From positions 6,758,001-6,822,000 of the forward strand of contig CM022677.1 of assembly GCA_012295275.1 (NCBI GenBank): a stretch of 64,000 nucleotides of DNA, read 5' to 3'. The notes under the pieces are model-generated. The model saw only the letters and a list, made by a program, of their open reading frames with translations, made no database searches and was not told the origin of the DNA. Below are positions 13,487 through 26,736 of the stretch, piece after piece. The DNA comes from Chrysomallon squamiferum (taxonomy: Eukaryota > Animalia > Mollusca). The first letter of the stretch is position 1, and every line of letters begins with the position of its first letter. A program made the translations under genes and the position numbers.

Positions 13487-13743
13487 TCTACATGTATCTC
13501 TATATGTATATCTAAGTACACAATTTCTCATTCTATCTACATAATCAACCTACCTAACAGTTTATATATCAATAACATCTATCAGTCATTTAAACATCTT
13601 CTTGTCTACATACCTTCAAACCTCCCTATAGTTCTGTATGTTTGCACACATATTTACTCAATATATTCACTCTTCAAAAAAGACAAGCGACTTTTCCTTC
13701 TATATACTATTCTCTGCTCCAGCTTACATACCTACAACTGTAG

Positions 13744-13807
<64 letters not shown>

Positions 13808-13884
13808 ATATATATATAGTCTTCCACATTACCATCATACCTGTCTACACCTATCTGTCTGTCTGCTACATAACTCTCTACATG

Positions 13885-14315
13885 TATCTACATATCAACC
13901 TACTGAACTACTGACCTACCTACCTATCTGTCCCTCTCTGTGTCTGATATCTATTAGTTAACTATCTACATATATCTGCATATCAACCTACTGACTACCT
14001 ACCTACCTCTGTCCCTCTCTGTGTCTGATATCTATTAGTTAACTATCTACATATATCTGCATATCAACCTACCTACTACCTACCTATCTGTCTCTCTCTG
14101 TGTCTGATATCTATTAGTTAACTATCTACATATATCTGCATATCACCTATGAACTACTGAACCTATATCTATTAGTTAACTATCTACATATATCTGCATA
14201 TCAACCTACTTAACTACTGACCTACCTACCTATCTGTCCCTCTCTGTGTCTGATATCTATTAGATAACTATCTACATATATCTACATATCAATCTACTGA
14301 AGTACTGACCTATAT
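13885..14315. repeat. About 80-bp tandem repeat, about 5 copies
   Basis: tgtctgatatctattagttaactatctacatatatctgcatatcaacc recurs at 13941, 14022 and 14101 and further on. Confidence 0.85.
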
Positions 14316-14749
14316 ACCAATTTGTTTATCTATCCACATTATGACAGATCAATAACCATCCATCAGTCATATATCTAATTCCCTGTCAAACTACCTACAT
14401 ACATAACTAACTATGTCTAGACAGCTACATTACAACCTATGTATTTTACTGTATGCCTGGCACACAAACACACATGACAGAAAGAAGAAAACACAGAATA
14501 GATAGATAGACACTGACATGTTTAACTATCTGCCTAAATTCATCTACATCTATGAATTCATTTGTTAACTTCTACTGATCTAACTGTCTATCAGTCTATC
14601 AACATCTCTCTCTTTCTTTCTGTTTATCTTCCTGTGTATCTCTTTACCTGTTAACCTCCCATCAGACAGTCAGTCTCATATCTCTGTCAATCTTCTCTCC
14701 TTTCCTTTAAATCACTTATAGTAGCTCTAAACTTGCTAATATTGTCTAT

Positions 14750-17103
14750 GAAAACAACATTAAGCTGGAACCTGCTTGTTGTCTATCTGTAAATATCATT
14801 GCTCCACATATTTTCATTTCTTCTATTTGTAATGTAGAAACAAACATAGCTTTTGCAGTGTCATTAGTCATTACAGTGGAAGTTTTTTATTCCCTTCCAT
14901 AACAACCAAGAATCATCCACTGTTAACTACTGGAGAATAATCAATCAACACTGATGTGTACTGTCAACATTTTCTCTGGAAAATGCTTTGGAATGAAAAA
15001 TCCATCTTTTGTGAATAATAATTGTTCCATATCAATAGATACCTCATCTATTTAAATTCTTCTCCCTATTCCTTTAATCTTGTCTTTCCTGTAGATTAAA
15101 TAATAAAATTTAATAGAATAATAAGTACTTTTCGATTGTGTTTAATTGTTAGAAAGAAATTATTATAAATAAACATCATCTGTCTCTTATTGTAATAGAT
15201 TTTAATAATAAATCATAAATAATTTAAACAAAAAATATATATCTATGAAAAAGTATCACTACAAATTTTACATTCTGGTCAATTTAAAAGGAATAATTGT
15301 CTTTTATAACTAAATTCATAAACATATGTGAAAATATTTCTTTATGAAAGCTTTTCTAATACTAAACAAGAAGAATGCAAAGCTGAAATCCATAAAATTG
15401 TGGATTCTCCTCTGAATCTTCAGCACCGACTTGCCTTGTACTGTAAGGGAGAGAGTGAGATCTGACAAACTCTGTCTTTGACCAAGTGTTTAAAAGAAAT
15501 ACACAATCTGACATGGACTTGACAGTTTCCACCTGTAAATTGAAAAGAATTCATTGTCATCAGCCTATAAAAATGACAGGCATTTTAGTTAAATAACTAA
15601 TTGATAAGTTCTGTCATTTATTAGTTTACTAATAGATACCAATGCTTTTCAGTTCTAATAACAAAATGTTAATTCAGGTATGTGAATTCAGTCATTTTGA
15701 TTACAAGCCGCATTACTTTTTTGGAACACTTAGAACTGATTCTATACATCTAATTTTAGGTCTGATTAAAAATATAAGTTAATAATCTGGCTACAACAAT
15801 AAATTTATCCAGAATAATAATCTTTTAATCCCAAAGATCAAGAGAATTCCAATTAATTACAAATATTTAACATTTTAAAATGTGATGATATAATTAATTC
15901 AAACCATAAAAAAGTCCTTTATATCTTCAGATCTTTTTGTTATATTTGACAGCTGAATAAATTCTTAAAAAATAAACATTATCTGTGAATATCATTCAGT
16001 TCATCAGCTAGTTTATGTATATTATTCTAACACAAAACTGCAGTGATTAAAATGCTGAAGTGTTATCTTGATCTGAACTGAACTTTTATCACCTACAAAT
16101 CTATGTTTATTAAAGTTAACAGATTTGAATCCTGAACGAGGAAGTGATCCAGCTGATAAAAAAAAAAAAGAATAAATGAACAAAATAATGCAGATACTGC
16201 AACAGTAACATTGACACTAATAAACTGTTTCATCTATGAGTCACTTGTTTCTTACTATTTGGTCACAATCGGGCAATTTTGTGGATTTTGTACATTCTTT
16301 TTTTTTAGACAGATTCATCTAAATAAACAAATATAGAAAGAAAAATTAATAAAATAAAAATAAAATAAGAATAAATAAAAATAAGCATCGTTTATCATTC
16401 TAATCTTAACGTACATTATTTAAATGACTATTTTTTTTACCTATTTCAGGCTAGGAGCATTTGATTAATTTGCACAATAAAATCTTTGGGAAGAAAAATT
16501 TCAGTCATGGAAAAATTATTATGAATTATACTTTAACAATGTTTTAATACTGACTTTATTTATCTGGATATAGGTGTGAATTACTGAGAACAAAATAAAG
16601 ATAATTCTATCATTTTAACCAAGTCTGTGTGAAATAAATATTTCCCATAAAATAATTATTAGTGGCTCTTGTTTTAAAACATATGGAAGGAAAGAAATGG
16701 TTGCCCAAATAATTTTATTATTAGTTATTATTATAAAAGATATCAAGACCTCTTACTTCAGAACAGTTCTCTGTTTTAACTGAATTCCTCTGACTGGCTA
16801 GTAACAGTATCAGAAGAATTTGTCATCTTCAGGTTTTTTTCTCTCAAAATCACCTGCAAAACCAGAAAGAGATTTCACTTTAATGTTTTTCTTTGCCTGG
16901 TTTTAGCACGTTCAAATGTTTTCCTGATATTTGACTGTTGAGATTGGTGACCTGGTGTAAGACTCTCCAACTTAAGAATTGTTGTAGTCTGATGTGGTCA
17001 GCTTCAATGTCCAGGTCACCAAAATTGAGCTTTTCATTGGCAGACCTTTCAACAACTCTGAGTCAGAGTCACATTGGTGGGTGCACTGCCTAGTTTGAGG
17101 AAA

Positions 17104-17138
<35 letters not shown>

Positions 17139-17879
17139 ATCAATCAATCAATAAAATATTGTAAAAAATATAAAATAAATAAAATACTGCTACTACTACA
17201 TTTACTGCAACACTACATGCCACTTTCATTACCATCATTACTATAACTAATATTTACTATTATTCCTTATTCAACTGGGGTTACTTTTATTGAAATAATA
17301 CTGCTTTTACTAAAATTACTATCCATTAATAATAAAAGTGATATTTTTTACTCTTTTCAGTATTACTCCTATGCCTGTATTTCTATATACTAATATTATT
17401 ATAATTATTACAACAACAACAACTATGACTACTGTTACTACTGTTATCACTGCTGTTAACCTACTCTTCTTCTTACATTTATCATTTCTCTAAAAACAAC
17501 TACTATTAGAACTGGTACTGCTACTACCACCACTGCAACCAGTAATTTGACTACAACCAGTTTTTTTAATCACCATGAGTCTCACTAGATACATTACTAT
17601 TACAAAGCTATGGAGACATCACCTGCTAAAACATCACCAAGATCAATTTTACAATATTATTAATGCTGTAACAACTACATTACTACAACAATGGCAATGA
17701 CTAATACTACTACTATAACAACAACCTCTATAGATCCTCCTGTTCTGCCATATTCTTTGATGACATTTCTACCCTATGGTGACTCACACAATTAGCTCTT
17801 CTTGTGTACAGAGCAGTTTCTGAAAAACAACAGTAATTTATTTATTTACCTATGTAGTTATATATGTATCTGTCAGATA

Positions 17880-17961
<82 letters not shown>

Positions 17962-18064
17962 ATTCCAGTGGCAGCAAACTTTATACTCAGTGCTGGACAG
18001 CACCTTCTACTGAAACAACTTCACTAGCCAACATCAGCACATCAATTAGAGCTGTATGTGTATT
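14750..18064 (-). pseudogene. Series of decayed minus-strand exon-like relics of an unidentified gene, one of them FN3-like
   Basis: Pyrimidine-tract AG acceptors on the minus strand at about 18065, 17820, 17090, 16855, 16153, 15533 and 15089, some with GT donors (gtgagt about 17785, gtaaga about 16755). The 16880-17089 piece translates with a frameshift to SAPTNVTLT..SSILVTWT..LNVLKPGKE. Internal stops are present. Confidence 0.4.
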
Positions 18065-18109
18065 CTGAAAATAAAAATACAAATAAAATAATAAAAATAA
18101 TAAACTGTT

Positions 18110-19540
18110 AAAAATAAATAACTAATGTTTCTGTATTATTTAAATTTTACTGTTATCAGTTACTGGATTATTCAGACACAAAGGGATGTGGGATATTTTT
18201 GATATACTTTGTATAATCATTATAATGATAATGATAATAATGATAATAATTTAAATAATTAACAAAACAATAGCAAACAAATGATTATTATTATGCTAAT
18301 TTACAATCAGTAAAGAGTTGTTACTATAAAACTTATTTTATTTGCTAAGAAATAAAAATAAGATAAAAAACTTGCAACTTGGAATTGTGTTGTCTGAATC
18401 AGGTAGAGGACTAGCTCGGTCCTTCGAACTGTCAATATCGCTGACATCACTCTCATGAACGCTGCCTTCCTGAGTCTCATCTTGTTCTGCTTCAGCTACA
18501 GCCTTTGTTTTCTTCTCTCTCTTTTCTTTATCTTCTCATCCAGCTTCATTCTCAGAGTGGCAAGCTCAGATGTTACCTGCTGCTCAACTTTCTGGCTGTT
18601 ATTTTTGCCATCGCAGTCGTCTGCCTAGTTTTTTGTTTTGCAGCGTAGCAGATGAAGTGTTTTTACCAGCATCAGCTTGATTTCACAAAAAAGCAGACTT
18701 CAATGGTGCTCTGCCCTTTTCTTCTTGTTCCTGTTGATACATGTAAACCATCGATATATCATATTATAGTATTCCAGCAGCACTTGCACTCTACAGTATG
18801 ATACTGATCAATGATTGTGTAGCTGGATGAGAAATTTATAAAATATTTCACTCACATCTGATTTTTTACAGAACCATTCTTTAAATTCATTTGGAACATT
18901 TTCTCCACATGACCTAGAAAACATAAAAAATAAAAATTATTAGTAATGATATGAAAAATAAAATGGATAATAATAATAAAGATCACAAAAATAATAATAA
19001 TAAAAATAAAACTTAATAATAATAATAAAAAGTAGTAATAATAATAAGAGAAGAAGAAGATGAAAAAGAAGGAATTACAACAAAACAAAACAAAGTGTAA
19101 ATAAATAAATTAAAATTGACCATTAAGAAAAGAAGAGAAACAAAGAACAGGATAACAAATTATTTGAGTGTTTATTTGTGTGTTAAATATTTTTTTTATA
19201 AATAATTTTATTAATTTTTATAGCATCATCTACATATGAAATAACCTGGTCATGTATTTCTTAAATTTGTATTCATCTTTATTTGTTTTTAGTGTTAACA
19301 TAGAGCTATACAGGTATTTAGCTTAAATAATATGAAAGCATTTAGGGACCCACCCATTATAAAGTTTAATATGTTTAATAATTATAGAGCAAGTCAGCAA
19401 TTTAACCTAAATCTTTGAAAATAATAAATCATAAATAAACTGACTGAAAACAACCTGTCAAACAAAATTAGCATATTTTCTTTTAATAGTTTTATTAGTT
19501 TATTTCAACAACAACAACAAAAAAAATAATAATAATAATA

Positions 19541-19576
<36 letters not shown>

Positions 19577-20270
19577 ATAATAATAATAATAACAATAATA
19601 ATAATAATAATAATTTTAAATTCTCTGTGACTTGTTGTGTGGTGTCTCTTTGGTGTGTGCTACACAAGTCAATTTATTTTAAAACAAATTTAATTACTGG
19701 CCACTCAAAATTTGCTGATACATCATGACGTTGTTTATGTTGTTCACATTAGTACAACCACTGGTGAATGTTATTATTAATCGAGTGTCGTTATTTGAAA
19801 AAATTATAAATAAATAAATAAATAAATATTGTTCTCAAATAATATGGCTGCCATCAGTTGTCTATGACTTTTAAATTATAATTAAATAAAACGAAAAAAA
19901 TCAAACACATTAACATTTATAATAATAAATAGTAATACCTGTCTCCTTCACAAAATGAAATACTTTAAACAACTGTTTTAATGCGATTACACCAATTCTG
20001 TAGAAAATTCTTCGAACATTAAATAAAAAAGTAAATCCGTAAAGTCCGACAATCATCCCGCATTTTTCTGCATATACAATCCCCCAAAAAAAAAAAAAAA
20101 AAATAAATAAAAACAAAATTAAAATAATGTTCAAAACAAATAAAATAAAATAAAGGAACATCACAACCTTTATTAAAATATATTTATTTTATTTATTTAT
20201 TTATATTTTTTTTATCTTATTATTAGCCAATCGTTGACCGTAAACTTCAAATAAACGGTTTTTTTTTTTT
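18110..20270 (-). repeat. Segmental duplication block B, inverted relative to 33650-35990; part repeated directly at 24470-25185
   Basis: Shared landmarks: ctacatatgaaataacctggtca (19230, 24518, rc about 34775), gtgtgctacacaagtcaatt, atggctgccatcag, and attcagacacaaagggatgtgggata (18170, rc about 35920-35945). Confidence 0.85.
18376..18790 (-). pseudogene. CAMSAP: CAMSAP/patronin-like exon relic, copy 1
   Basis: Translation across stops and a frameshift gives MVYMYQQEQEE..GKNTSSATLQNKK(T)RQ (cf. patronin KKTSFATLPN.TTWQQ) and VTSELATLRMKLDEKIKKR (cf. CAMSAP CC1 SEL..L.MKLEEKRR), then SKDRASPLPDSDN. Family motifs are recalled from memory. Confidence 0.55.
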
Positions 20271-20574
20271 TCCCCTACTTTTTCTTTCTTCTTCTTATTT
20301 ATATTAATGCACCAAATAAAATCACAAAACTTACAACTCACACTACAAGTTGCTTATTATTGTGCAGGAATTTACCAATGTTTGATATCCTATTCTAAAA
20401 TGTATTATACCATTTCTATCAATATCACCATCGTTGCCGTCGTAACGGCGTTGTTTCAAGCTTTCTAGAGTCCTTCTCATTATTCTTTAGCGGGCGAATC
20501 ACCTCTTCAAATACATTATTGTGATTTCTAGTAATGTCGCCGTCGTTCCAGTATTAACGTCTTGGTTAATATAT

Positions 20575-22128
20575 CACACGTCACTGTACAGTATTTCTTT
20601 ACTTAATACTACTAATATCACGTCACAGTTTTTATTTACTTAATATCGCGTTACTGTACATATTTATTTTGCTTAATTTCTGCTACTATTACGTTACGGT
20701 TCAGTATTTATTTACTTAATACTGCTACTATCACGTTACTATACAGTGTTTGTTTAGTTAACGCTGCAAATATCACGTTCGTGTACAGTATTTATTTACT
20801 GCTAATACTGCTAATATCACGTTACTGTACAGTATTTATTTTATTTATTTACTGCTAATATAACGTTACTGTACAGTATTTATTTATTTACTTAATACTG
20901 CTAATATAACGTTACTGTACAGTATTTATTTACTTAATACTGCTAAATATCACGTTACTGTACAGTATTTATTTACTTAATACTGCTAATATAACGTTAC
21001 TGTACAGTATTTATTTACTGCTAATATACTGTACAGTATTTATTTACTTAATACTGCTAATATCACGTTACTGTACAGTATTTATTTACTTAATACTGCT
21101 AATATCACGTTACTGTACAGTATTTATTTACTTAATACTGCTAATATCACGTTACTGTACAGTATTTATTTTTATTTTTACTGCTAATATCACGTTACTG
21201 TACAGTATTTATTTATTTAATACTGCTAATATCACGTTACTGTACAGTATTTATTTATTTAATACTGCTAATATCACGTTACAGTATTTATTTTTACTTA
21301 ATACTGCTAATATCACGTTACTGTACAGTATTTATTTATTTAATACTGCTAATATCACGTTACTGTACAGTATTTATTTAGTTAATACTGCTATTTAACG
21401 TTTGTACAGTATTTATTTTATGCTGCTAATATAACGTTACTGTACAGTATTTATTAATATCACGTTACTGTGTACAGTATTTATTTAGTTAATGCTGCTA
21501 ATATAACGTTACTGTACAGTATTTTATACTGCTAATATCACGTTACTGTACAGTATTTATTTACTTAATACTGCTAATATCACGTTACTGTACAGTATTT
21601 ATTTACTTAATACTGCTAATATCACGTTACTGTACAGTATTTATTTATTTAATGACGTTCTGCTAATATACGTTACTGTACAGTATTTATTTATTTAATA
21701 CTGCTAATATCACGTTACTGTACAGTATTTATTTACTTAATACTGCTAATATAACGTTCTCTGTACAGTATTTATCTAATATCGTTACTGTACAGTATTT
21801 ATTTGTACAGTATAACGTTATTTACAGTATTTAATTTACCTAATATCGTTACTGTACAGTATTTATTTACTTAATACTGCTAATATCACGTTACTGTACA
21901 GTATTTATTTATTTATTAATATACGTTAAAAAAATATCGTTACTGCTGCTCAGTATTTATTTACTTAATGCTGCTAATATTACGTTACTGTACTTTTTTA
22001 TTTACTTAATACTGCTAATATCATTTTCTCTGTTCAGTATTTATTTACTTAATGCTTCTAATATCGTTACTGTACAGTATTTATTTACTTAATACTGCTA
22101 ATATCACAATACAGTATTTATTTACTTA
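20575..22128. repeat. 42-bp minisatellite (aatactgctaatatcacgttactgtacagtatttatttactt) with internal 12-bp palindrome tactgtacagta
   Basis: Period 42 counted at 21061-21102. The same family occurs at 45985-46160 and, inverted, at 63355-63792. Confidence 0.95.
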
Positions 22129-22249
22129 AGAGGAGATTCTTCATATTTCGCAGAATAAGGTCCGCTACAGAGAAAGAATGAAAAAGAAAAAAAAAATAGA
22201 AATGAAATAAAGTGTAATGATTCTGGATAAAAACATTTTGTATCAATTA

Positions 22250-22535
22250 AAACTGACATTTATTCAAACATATTCATAAAATAAAATAAAAAAATAAAAA
22301 ATGTGGAATAACATAATAAAAAATAAGTAGTGACATCTGATTTGTATGTGTTTTGAAGAAGAAACAGAACAACTGCAGACAACACTTCAAAATCTTCATA
22401 ACTTAAGAAGTGCGCCACTTCTAAATGACAGCTGTAATGCACATTTTAATCTGTTTTTTTTTTTTTCTTGAGGAGTGTTTTTGTTTTCATTTTTGTCTGT
22501 ATGTTACTTTATTCTGACATAAACAAATTATTAAT
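22250..22535 (-). pseudogene. P4HA: Diverged P4HA N-terminal fragment (paralog B), copy 1
   Basis: ORF 22260-22442 contains HFLSYEDFEVLSAVVLFLLQNTYKSDVT, matching HLPSYEDLEGVAAAVFRLQDTYKLNVT. The DNA is homologous to 46180-46555. Confidence 0.75.
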
Positions 22536-22537
22536 AT

Positions 22538-23122
22538 AAGAAATCCGTGAACATCTTCCAAGTTACGAAGATTTAGAAGGGGCCGCTGCAGCTCTGTTTC
22601 GACTTCAAGACACGTACAAATTAAATGCTACAAGATTAACAGAAGGTTTTATATATGAACGATATATACAGAGATTATCAGCAGAAGACTGTTATCAATT
22701 AGGTCGCCTTGCATACAAACTGAAAAAATACAAATATGTGCATATCTGGAGGACGATGAGTCTCGAAAAAGTAAGAACAGAAAAAATTCAGAACGTATCT
22801 CGGTTAAAACTTCATGACTATGACATATACGGTAGAGAATTAGCGGGACAGATAGAGCAAGTTTTAAATTTGACAAATGAACAGTTAATGTTAGCTCGTG
22901 GACTAGAACGTGCTCCGAACAGAAGAAAAAAGTATTCAAGTATATCAAAACTTAGGAAAGAAAAGAGAAAAAATGGCAGAGTTAAAGAAAAAACAAGTTT
23001 CGATGCTCTCTGTCGTGGTGAAGAGGTTATTAAAGTACGACAGCGACATCGTTTGAAATGTCGCTACCATAACAATATCAAAAACCGCTTCTAATTCTTA
23101 AGCCTGCTAAAGAAGAGATTCT
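22538..23122 (+). pseudogene. P4HA: Truncated intronless prolyl 4-hydroxylase alpha copy (middle part only)
   Basis: Translates to EHLPSYEDLEGAAAALFRLQDTYKL..LSAEDCYQLGRLAY..FDALCRGE..LKCRY..LKPAKEE. It corresponds to 47218-47780 and then jumps to sequence matching about 49700. Confidence 0.9.
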
Positions 23123-24334
23123 GAAATTAATGTTAAACTTGGAGGCCATGACAGACAAAGAAATACGAAAAAACAAAAAACCTAACAAAAAAAAGCACAA
23201 CCCCCCCAAAAAAAACGCAGTCATCAATGACAGACTGTTTATCCTCTGACAACTGATAGACCATTAACATTTGTAATAAAAAAAAATATTCCAGTTTTAT
23301 GTTATTTTAATCTTTAGAAAAAGCTCTCTGTCTAAAACGGTATATCACGTTGGTCTCAATGAATCATGCGGTTTTGACAGTGTCCACTGTTTTTATTTTT
23401 GTTGTTTATATTTTATTATTTATCAAATAATAATAGATACGTGTATTGTTTATAGTATGTAAATTGATATTCCTGGAAGATACCTACACATTTACATTTG
23501 TTACTCATTATACAGCTATATTCGTTTCAGTTGATTTCTTCATATATACTGGTATACCTTTATATAATGGTAGAATATTACTTTCTTGAAATGTTTTTTT
23601 TTTTTTTTAAATTCTTTATGTACGTTGGAGTATATGTTTGTAATTTAGTTTGTAAAATGTTTCGTCGTCTGCTTTATGGAAAGTTTTCAAGGGCAGATAA
23701 TCGAAAATGAATTATTAAACAATACGATGTAGAATCTTGTCACAAGACTCGAGTGTAATTTTTATTTTTTTGAGAAATTTTGCTGAATTTTTATTGATCA
23801 ATCAACAGAGTAATCACTTATATTTTGCTTTTCATTGAAATTATTATGTAATTATATTTAGCAGATATGTAATCAATAATATAATTATCCTTTAAATTAT
23901 ATTACTTATAACTACATAATGACAAAAAAGAAGAAAACAAAAAAAAAAAAAAAAAAAGGAGATTAAAATGACAACAAAATATGAATGATGTTTATTATTA
24001 TCTGAATAAAATTTGCAGTTATTTTTCCTTCGTAATCTGTGGAAAATCTGAGATTCATTTCAGTCTTTTGGCAAACAGAACACTGAATATCTCATACAGT
24101 TTCAAACCAGTAGATACATGTTTTATATCAAAATGATGCTTTCTAAAGCCCTACAGTATTTTTAAGCATGATGCATAAACTATTACAATGCCTCCACTTA
24201 ATTTCATAATAGAATGTTTATCTTTTTTCATTTTTAGGAGATCTCACTGTGTTGAAGACATAAGTCAACATGACAGATTTCAGTTGTATCCTGTTTTAGT
24301 TCACGTTGTATCTTATACATCAGTCAAACAATAA

Positions 24335-24424
24335 GACACCTACTTCAAAAAAGAATCATTTTAGTAATGTTTTGTGCATGGAGACTGTATAGTGTATTAA
24401 TATCTTTTGTGATTATGATTACAA

Positions 24425-24475
<51 letters not shown>

Positions 24476-25268
24476 AATATTATTATAACAAATAATTGTA
24501 TTAATATTTTACAGTGTCTACATATGAAATAACCTGGTCATATTTTTCTTAAATTTGTATTCATCTTTATAGGTTTTTATCGTTAACATAGGGCTATACA
24601 GGTATTTAGCTTTAATAATATGAAAGAATTTAGGGCCCCACCCATTATATACTTTAATATGGTTAAAATAGTTTTATTAGTATATTAAAAAATAATAATA
24701 ATAAAATAAATAAATAAATAAATAAATAAATAAAAATTGTGAGTTGACACATAGTTGTTGTATGGTGTTTACTTTGGTGTGTGCTACACAAGTCAATTTC
24801 TTTTAAAACAAATTTAATTACTGGCCACACAGTGATTGGTAAAACAATTCTTGTTTATGCTGTTCACATTAGTACAAACACTGGCGAATTTTGTTATTAA
24901 TCGAGTGTCGTTATTTAAAAAAAAAAAAATATAAATAATAAAATAAATAAATAAATAAATAAATATTATTCCCGAATATGATGGCTGCCATCAGGTGGCT
25001 GTGATGTTTAAATTATACTTAAAAAAAAAAAAAAAAAAAAAAAAATAAAAACTCATTAACAACTATAATAATAAATAGTACTACCTGTCTGCTTCACAAA
25101 ATGAAATACTTTAAGCAACTTTTTTGTTGCAATTACACCAATTCTGTATAAGATTCTTCAAACGTCAAATAAAAAAGTAATCAGCCTTAGAAAAAGAATG
25201 GGAAATAGTGAATGCAAAATGGGCTATAGACGTAGAGATTTCAGCAGTTGTTATCTACGTCAAAATAT

Positions 25269-25316
<48 letters not shown>

Positions 25317-25684
25317 TATTTATATATGTGATTGTGTTTTTTTATGTGTTTATGCATATACTTAGAATTAGAAAACGCGTTGGCTTAGGAATTTTATTTT
25401 ATTGTCAAAAATAATCATTTTCTAATTCCATTCGAATTTATTTAATCTGCTTCGGTTGAACTTTAAGTCCAATTCGCTAGTTTTCCATTGTTTTTTACTA
25501 AACATTTATTCATCTGCATAAAACTTTTTAAAATTGAATACAGAAGCATTCGGGATTGTACAGAAATAAACTTCTAGAACACTGCATTTATAAATGTTTT
25601 TAAAACATTCATTGAATGATGTTGTATCGATCGAATGTTCTGTTACAGTTGTAACCTCCCCATTTTTTTTCAAAAAGGTGCAGC

Positions 25685-25718
<34 letters not shown>

Positions 25719-26668
25719 ATTACTATTATTATTATATTAATTATTAAAATAAATTATATAGACTGTCTAAAACATTTTTATGAGGATGTTAATGATCTAC
25801 CTTTTAGTTTTTATTTTGTCTTGGAAGTGAACAACTTCCAATATTTCTTATATTTAATGTATTTATTTTTAATGCAGGAAAATTTGTAATTCACCTGCTA
25901 TAACATGAACAGAAGTTTAAATGTTTAACAACAAATGTAAAGAAAGCTAACAAAGGGTTGAGAAATGAAAAATGATGAGTTAAATGTTTTCATTTGCCAC
26001 CAGTAATCTATGTTTAATTACAACGGAAAGGTCTACGTTGTTCAAGGCCACCGAGAGACGTCCTGTCCGTCTCTTTACAATAATCTCTTACGTCTACAAA
26101 TCGTGCTGGGGATGAGTATTGAAATTACTTCTTAATTTTATTACACTGTACAAAAGAAGGTGCTGAAAGGTAAGACTGATGTTCATCAAACACAGAGACA
26201 CACACAGATACAGAGACCAGGATGAATTACATTTAGCTGTACACTGACGGACATGCTGGATGCAGGGAAAGGAATCAGAGATGATTTGATGAATTTTTGT
26301 TCAACGGATAGATAGACCAAACAAGAGATTATAGACTAATAGAAAGATAGATATGTATGTGGATAGATAGATAGATTGATAGATACAGAATAAAAAATGT
26401 TGATACGACCGTGTCATAGTTTGTATGCAATTAATAAAAAATGTATCAGTCTAACCTCGCGCCCACTTAACTTTTCCTTTACATCTCAAACAGTTTTAGA
26501 CAACATTATTGATCTGTACCTTTCTCTAGATACTTACCTTCTACTAAAAGCAGAACTTCATAAATTATATTACACTACAGATTAAAATGATAATTTCAAG
26601 TAAGAACATAGATTATAGAGAATACCTGTATTTTGGGAAATATAGAGCGTACTTTCAGTTTATTTTAA

Positions 26669-26736
<68 letters not shown>

